Positions 59,307 through 64,000 of a stretch of 64,000 bases of DNA are shown piece after piece; the stretch's first letter is position 1, and each line of letters opens with the position of its first letter. The DNA comes from Scenedesmus sp. PABB004 (Eukaryota), in contig JABVCE010000024.1 in assembly GCA_014905635.1 (NCBI GenBank), positions 124,001 to 188,000 on the forward strand. The letters run 5' to 3'. Under the pieces are notes generated by a model. That model was not told the DNA's origin. It worked only from the letters and a program-made list of their open reading frames with translations, and made no database searches. The position numbers were made by a program, and so were the translations under genes.

Positions 59307-61397
59307 GCTACGTGCGCCAGGGCAGCGCGCTGTGGCGCCAGCTTCATGAGGGAATGCTGACCACAAGCCTGGTCAAGCAGGCCCTGGGAATGCACGAGCC
59401 CAAAGGTGGATGGCCGGCCACGCTGCGCTGCCGTGCCGCGCCGTGCCGCCGAGCTCGCCGCCCTGCCGCGCGCCGCTCCGCGCAGCGGCAGGGGTCATCG
59501 GCATCCACCCGGGCCAGCGCGGCGGCAGCGCGCTGATCTCGGCGTACTTCCACCTGCGCGGCAGCGCCAGCGGCGGTGGCGGCAGCGCAGCGGGGCAGCG
59601 CAGCAGCAGCAGCGCGGGCGGCGGCGACGCCGCGGCTGCGGCCGCCGCGAACGAGGCGGCGCGGCGCGCGTTCAACGCGCGCCCCGCGGCGGACGAGGGC
59701 GCGGGCGTCGCGAGCGCGGACGAGCTGCGCGCGCAGTGCGAGCGCGCCGCGCTGGGCGGCGATGTGCCGGTCAAGCTCGCGTGGGGCAGCGTGCAGGAGC
59801 ACGCGGCGCTGCACGCGCTGCTGCAGCTCTTCCCCGACGCCGCGGTGGAGGAGGTCGGGCTGTGCGAGGTCGACACCTCCGCGCTGCCGCCGGCGTGGCT
59901 GGCGCCGGGCGGCCCCCTCAGCGCGGCCGACCTGCCGCGCCTGGGCGCGAGCCCCGACGGCCTCCTGGTGCACGCGCTGATGCTGCCGCGCGCCGAGCTG
60001 CGCGCGGCCGCCGCGGCGCTGGCGCGCGGCGGCGACGGCGACGGCGAGGCCGCGGTGCGCGGGCTGCTGCGGGGCGCGCTGGACGCGGTGCGCTGCATGG
60101 GCACGCGGCCGCGGGGGGGCGTGCCCGTCGAAGACAGCAGCAGCGAGGAGGGCGGCGACGCGGCTGCAGGCGGCAGCAGCGACGGCGACGAGGGCGACGA
60201 CGCAGCTGCACGCGGCAGCGACGGTGGCCGCAGCGGCGGCAGCGACGCCGGGGCGGCGGGCGCAGCGCCCGAGGCAGCGGGCGCCGGCGCCTCAGCCGTC
60301 GCCGCGGCGGTGGCCGGCCTGGCGCTCTCGCCGGCGCGCGGCGCCGCGGATGGCGGCTGCGCCGACGGCCGGCGTCCAGCGGGTGAGCGCGCCGAGCAGC
60401 TGGCGGAGCCGCCGAGCGTCTCTGCCGCCGGCGGGCTGTGCTTCGCGCCGACAGACGAGGAGGTGCTCAAGCTCCTGCAGCAGGCGGCGGAGGCCGAGCA
60501 GGCGGCCGAGCAGGCGGCCGGCGGCGGCGACGTGCGGCTGCTTGTTCGGGAGGTGGTCGAGGTCAAGAGCCACTGCCCCTTTGCAGTCAGGTGTGCTGGC
60601 GCGCCGGCACGCTGGCACTCTGGCCGGCACGCTGGCACGCTGGCGCGCCGGCACGCCGCTCACGCACCGGCGAGCGCCGCCTGGCCCGTTGCGCCGCGCT
60701 CAACGCGCCGCCGCCGCCGCCGCGGCCGGGGGCAGCGCGAAGCGGAGCGGCAAGAAGGGCCGCGTGCGCGTGACGGCAGGCTTCCGGCCGCGCGGCCCCG
60801 CGCCCCGCGTGCAGCCCCAGGTGCGGCGCGGCGCCGGGCGCGCGCGGGGCGGCGCAGGGGCCGGCCTCGCCGTCCGCGCCGCCCGACGCGCGCCGCGCCG
60901 TGCCGCCGCCGCCGCCGCGCCGCCGCGCCGCCGCGCGCCCCGGCCGGCCAGTGGGTGCCGCAGCTGCAGCTGCACATGCTGGCGACCGGCTGCTCGTCCG
61001 CGCTGCTCGTCAGCCGCTGCGCGCACGAGGGCGTGCGGGCCTTTCGGCTCTTTGCTGACCGCGAGTACCAGCGCACCATGCTCTCGCTGCTCGCGCTGCT
61101 GCAGCGCCAGCACGTCGCGCCGGGCGTGCCGCCGAGCGCCGCCACCTTCGCGGGCGTGCCGGGTGCGGCCGGGCGCGCCGCCGCCCCCGGCGCGCGCCGC
61201 TGCCGGCCCGCCGCGACCGACGCTGGCTTGCTGACTGCCCCCGCCTGCCACCTCTGCCGGGCCTAGGCTACCGAGCCTTTCTATCGCGCACCGTGGCGAT
61301 CGCGCGCGGCGCTGTGTGCGTGGCGGAGGGCGACGCGGCGCTCGTGGCGCGCGTGCCGGACGCGCCCGACGGCTCGAACCGGCCCCGCTTCTGGTGA
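59048..61397 (+). CDS. YqaJ/lambda-exonuclease-like PD-(D/E)xK nuclease-domain protein
   Basis: RQGSALW...LTTS; LAWGSVQE; LGASPDGL; VEVKSHCPF; PQLQLHM. This is the motif order of YqaJ viral-recombinase domains. Multi-exon. Confidence 0.8.
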
Positions 61398-61655
61398 GAG
61401 CGGGTGTCACCCTTACCGCAGTGGGCACCCACCCGCGGCCCCCCGCGCGGGCGCGCCGCCGCTGAATTATTGCCTGACACCTCTGAAAGCAGTGCGAGCG
61501 CGCGCGAGGCGCGGAGAATCGAGTGCCTGGCGAGTGCGCCCGCCCCACACGAGTGCAGTGCGCGCCCCGCCGCCGACGGCCCCGCGCCACGGTGACCGCC
61601 GTGCTGTTGAGCTCTGCTGTGCATTCGTGGTCGTGGTGCCCCGCCGCCCCTTGTG

Positions 61656-61753
61656 CGCCACGCATGCGCGTGCGCCGCCCACCCCTCGCAGCTCCACACC
61701 GACTGCGTCCCGCCACACATGTGCGTTCGCCGCCCACCCCTCGCAGCTCCACA
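61656..61753. repeat. Two-copy direct repeat (~43 bp core, ~55 bp period) between convergent genes
   Basis: cgccac(g/a)catg(c/t)gcgt(g/t)cgccgcccacccctcgcagctccaca occurs twice. Confidence 0.85.
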
Positions 61754-61849
61754 GCAACTCCGCCCCCCTAAAGACCCCACCCAGCACGCGCGCACCGACT
61801 GCCCCCCCACACCCCGACCCCCGCCGCCGCCGAGCAGCGCGCAAACGCG

Positions 61850-64000
61850 CTACTCCAGCGCCGCCTGCAGCCGCATGGCGGGCAGGCACAGCAGCAGCCC
61901 GACCGCGAGCACCGCAGCGGCCGCCAGCGCCTGCAGCAGCAGATCGCGCCCGCTTGCGCGCGCCGGCGGCGCCGGCGCCCACTGACGCGCCGCCTCCGCG
62001 CGCTGACGTGCCGCGCCGCACGTGGTCTCGCCCAGGCACTCGACCGGCTCGATCTCACTGCTGCTCCTGGCCGCCGGGCGCCGTTGGGCGAGACCGTCGG
62101 CCGTCGGCGCCGCAGCGTGCTTGGCCGGCTGGCCGCTGCCCGGGCCACTGGCCGCGCTGGCGGCGGCGGCGGCGTCGGGAGGCGCTGCCGCCGCGGGCGC
62201 GGCGCCCGCCTCGGGCCAGCCCGGCAGCACGCCGCAGACGCTGCCGCGGCAGCCGCCGCAGTTGCCGCCTCCGCAGCCGGCCGCCGCCCTGGCCGCAAGG
62301 CAGCCGCAGCAGCTGCCGCAGTGGCACGCCGCCGCCGCGGCCGCCGGCAGCTGCCACGCGTCGCCGTCGCCGTCGTCGTCGCGCGCGAGCCGCTGGTGCG
62401 CAAAGACGCCGCCGAGCGCGTCCGGCGGCTCCTCCAGCGCGCCGTCAAACGGAATGGGCGGCCCCGGCAGCAGCACCTCGAGCCGCGGCAGGATGGCGTC
62501 GCCGTATGGGCCCTGCCTGCTGCCGCCGACGACCACGCCGCACGTGGCGGTGCAGTCGACGGTGTCGAGTCCGGGCGGCCGCGCCCCGCGGCCTGCATCG
62601 CCGCCGCCGGCGCCGAGCAGCAGCGGCGCGGGCTTCCAGGCGAGCGTGGGGAGGTGCAGGCGCTGCACGTCCCCGCGCGGCTGCCCGCGCGCGTCGACGC
62701 CGCCAAGCAGCAGCAGCCAGTCGCGCGTGACGCGCATGAGCGCCGCCGCGTCGCGCGCGGCGGGCAGGTAGCCCAGCACGGGGCCCTTCACCCAGCTGCG
62801 CCGCGGGCGGGCGCGCGGGCGTCGGCGCGGGGGTGCGGGCGTGGCGGGCACGGCGTGGCGCGGCGGCGCGGCCCCGACAGCGCGGCGGCGCGGCGCGGCG
62901 CGGCACAGCGCGGCACAGCGCGGCGCGGCGCGGCACAGCGCGGCACAGCGCGGCACAGCGCGGCACAGCGCGGCGCAGCGCGGCAGCGGCGGCGCACATG
63001 AAGGTGGTGAGGTCGAGGGCGTACGGCACGTAGCTGGCCAGGCCGTCGGCGCCGCAGCCGCCGAGGACGACGAGCTCCTCGTGCCCCGTCACGGGGCTGG
63101 CCCGCGCGCAGCACATCGCCTGCTTGCGCGGCCCGGGGCAGGTCGAGGGGCCCGCCATGTCGTGCCCCGGCCGCGGCGGCTCGCCGAGCGGGCGCGTGGG
63201 CTCGCGGCGCCAGGTGAGGTCGTTGGCGTCCAGGACGTAGACACAGAGGAGCAAGTAGCCGCCCACCTCGCTCACGTCCGCCTCGACGATGCCCTCGAGG
63301 CTGCCGCCCACGCAGCCGCCGTACAGCAGCACGCGGCGCCCGCCCGACACGGCCTTGGCGCAGGCGTACGCGCGCGGCGCCGGCGGCGCGCCGCCCGCGG
63401 CCGCGCGGTGCCACACGCCCCAGCCGCCGCCGGGCGCGAGCCAGAGCGCATGCAGCTCGCCGCCGCCGGCCTCGGCGCCGTCGGGGCACAGGCCGCACAT
63501 TACGAGCAGCGTGCTGCCCGCGCACGCGGCGTCGTCGCGCTGCCCCGCCGCGCCCGCCGGCAGCGCCTCGCCGTGCGCCGCCGCCGCGGCGTGCACCGCG
63601 CCGAGCAGCTGCGCGTGCAGCGGCGAGCCCGGCTCGAGCGACACGGCGACGGTGCAGTGGTGCCGCCGCGGCGGCGGCGCGGGGCCGTGCATGCGCGGCT
63701 CGCCCACGCGGCGCGACACGACGTCCAGCACCGCCACGTTCATGCTGGCGCCCGCGGGGCCGTCGCGCAGCGCGCCGCCGACGAGCACGAGCAGCCGCCC
63801 CGCGGGCGTCGCGGTGTGCCCGGTCCGCGCGAGCAGCGCGCCCGGCGGCGACGCGTGGCACGCGCCGGCGCCGCCGGGCGCCCACGCCAGCTGCGACGGC
63901 GCGGGCGCGCCGGGGGACCAGTGCGCGGCGTCCATGGTGCGCGCGGAGCAGTAGAGGCGGTGCCAGGTGCCGGCGCGCGCCGCCGCGGCGCCCGCACGCG
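61850..64000 (-). CDS. Kelch-repeat beta-propeller protein; 5' end lies outside the window; possibly F-box/Kelch
   Basis: ARTGHTAT...LVLVGG; PPPRRHHCT; PAPRAYAC...LLYGG; PGPRKQAM...VVLGG; PAARDAAA...LLLGG. The upstream WHRLY resembles the end of an F-box. Confidence 0.82.
62880..62988. repeat. 10-bp minisatellite (GCGCGGCACA/GCGCGGCGCG)n in the Kelch gene intron
   Basis: About 10 tandem decamer units. Confidence 0.9.

Noticed and set aside
59048..61397. Endogenous virus or prophage around the YqaJ-like gene
   Set aside because: The flanks are ordinary host genes, the gene has spliceosomal introns and host GC content, and no capsid, integrase or polymerase genes are present.
1..64000. tRNA, rRNA or snRNA genes, and an alternative nuclear genetic code
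   Set aside because: No RNA genes were recognisable by eye (tRNAscan-SE and Infernal not run). Reconstructed exons translate with the standard code and end in TGA or TAG.

Overview
Very GC-rich, intron-dense eukaryotic nuclear DNA. TGTAA poly(A) signals, TTTAGGG-type motifs, plastid-targeted enzymes and IFT genes point to a chlorophyte green alga; Sphaeropleales-like is my inference. Most long ORFs in the supplied track are GC artefacts, so I rebuilt the genes by hand as spliced models. About 20 genes are present, in order: SOS1/NHX7 Na+/H+ antiporter, two tandem atypical R2R3-MYBs, three uncharacterised secreted Ala/Ser/Cys-rich proteins, a likely CEP295/Ana1-like centriole protein head-to-head with IFT54, a small orphan, GINS SLD5, a GNAT, a GON4L/DUO3-like protein, RPN13, a Rubisco-LSMT-type SET protein, anthranilate synthase alpha, a Pro-rich orphan, a TrmA/RlmD-type methyltransferase, mitochondrial uL23, a YqaJ/lambda-exonuclease-like nuclease and a truncated Kelch gene. 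The most notable observations are: (1) the secreted Cys-patterned protein cluster; (2) the CEP295-like/IFT54 divergent pair; (3) at least 19 GC-AG introns, mostly with an AG|GCGCG donor; (4) a ~540-bp inverted duplication that gives two convergent genes the same 3' end and copies a promoter plus exon 1 in antisense; (5) telomere-like motifs in introns; (6) recurrent one-base frameshifts at G/C runs, probably assembly errors. All family assignments come from recalled motifs, not database searches.
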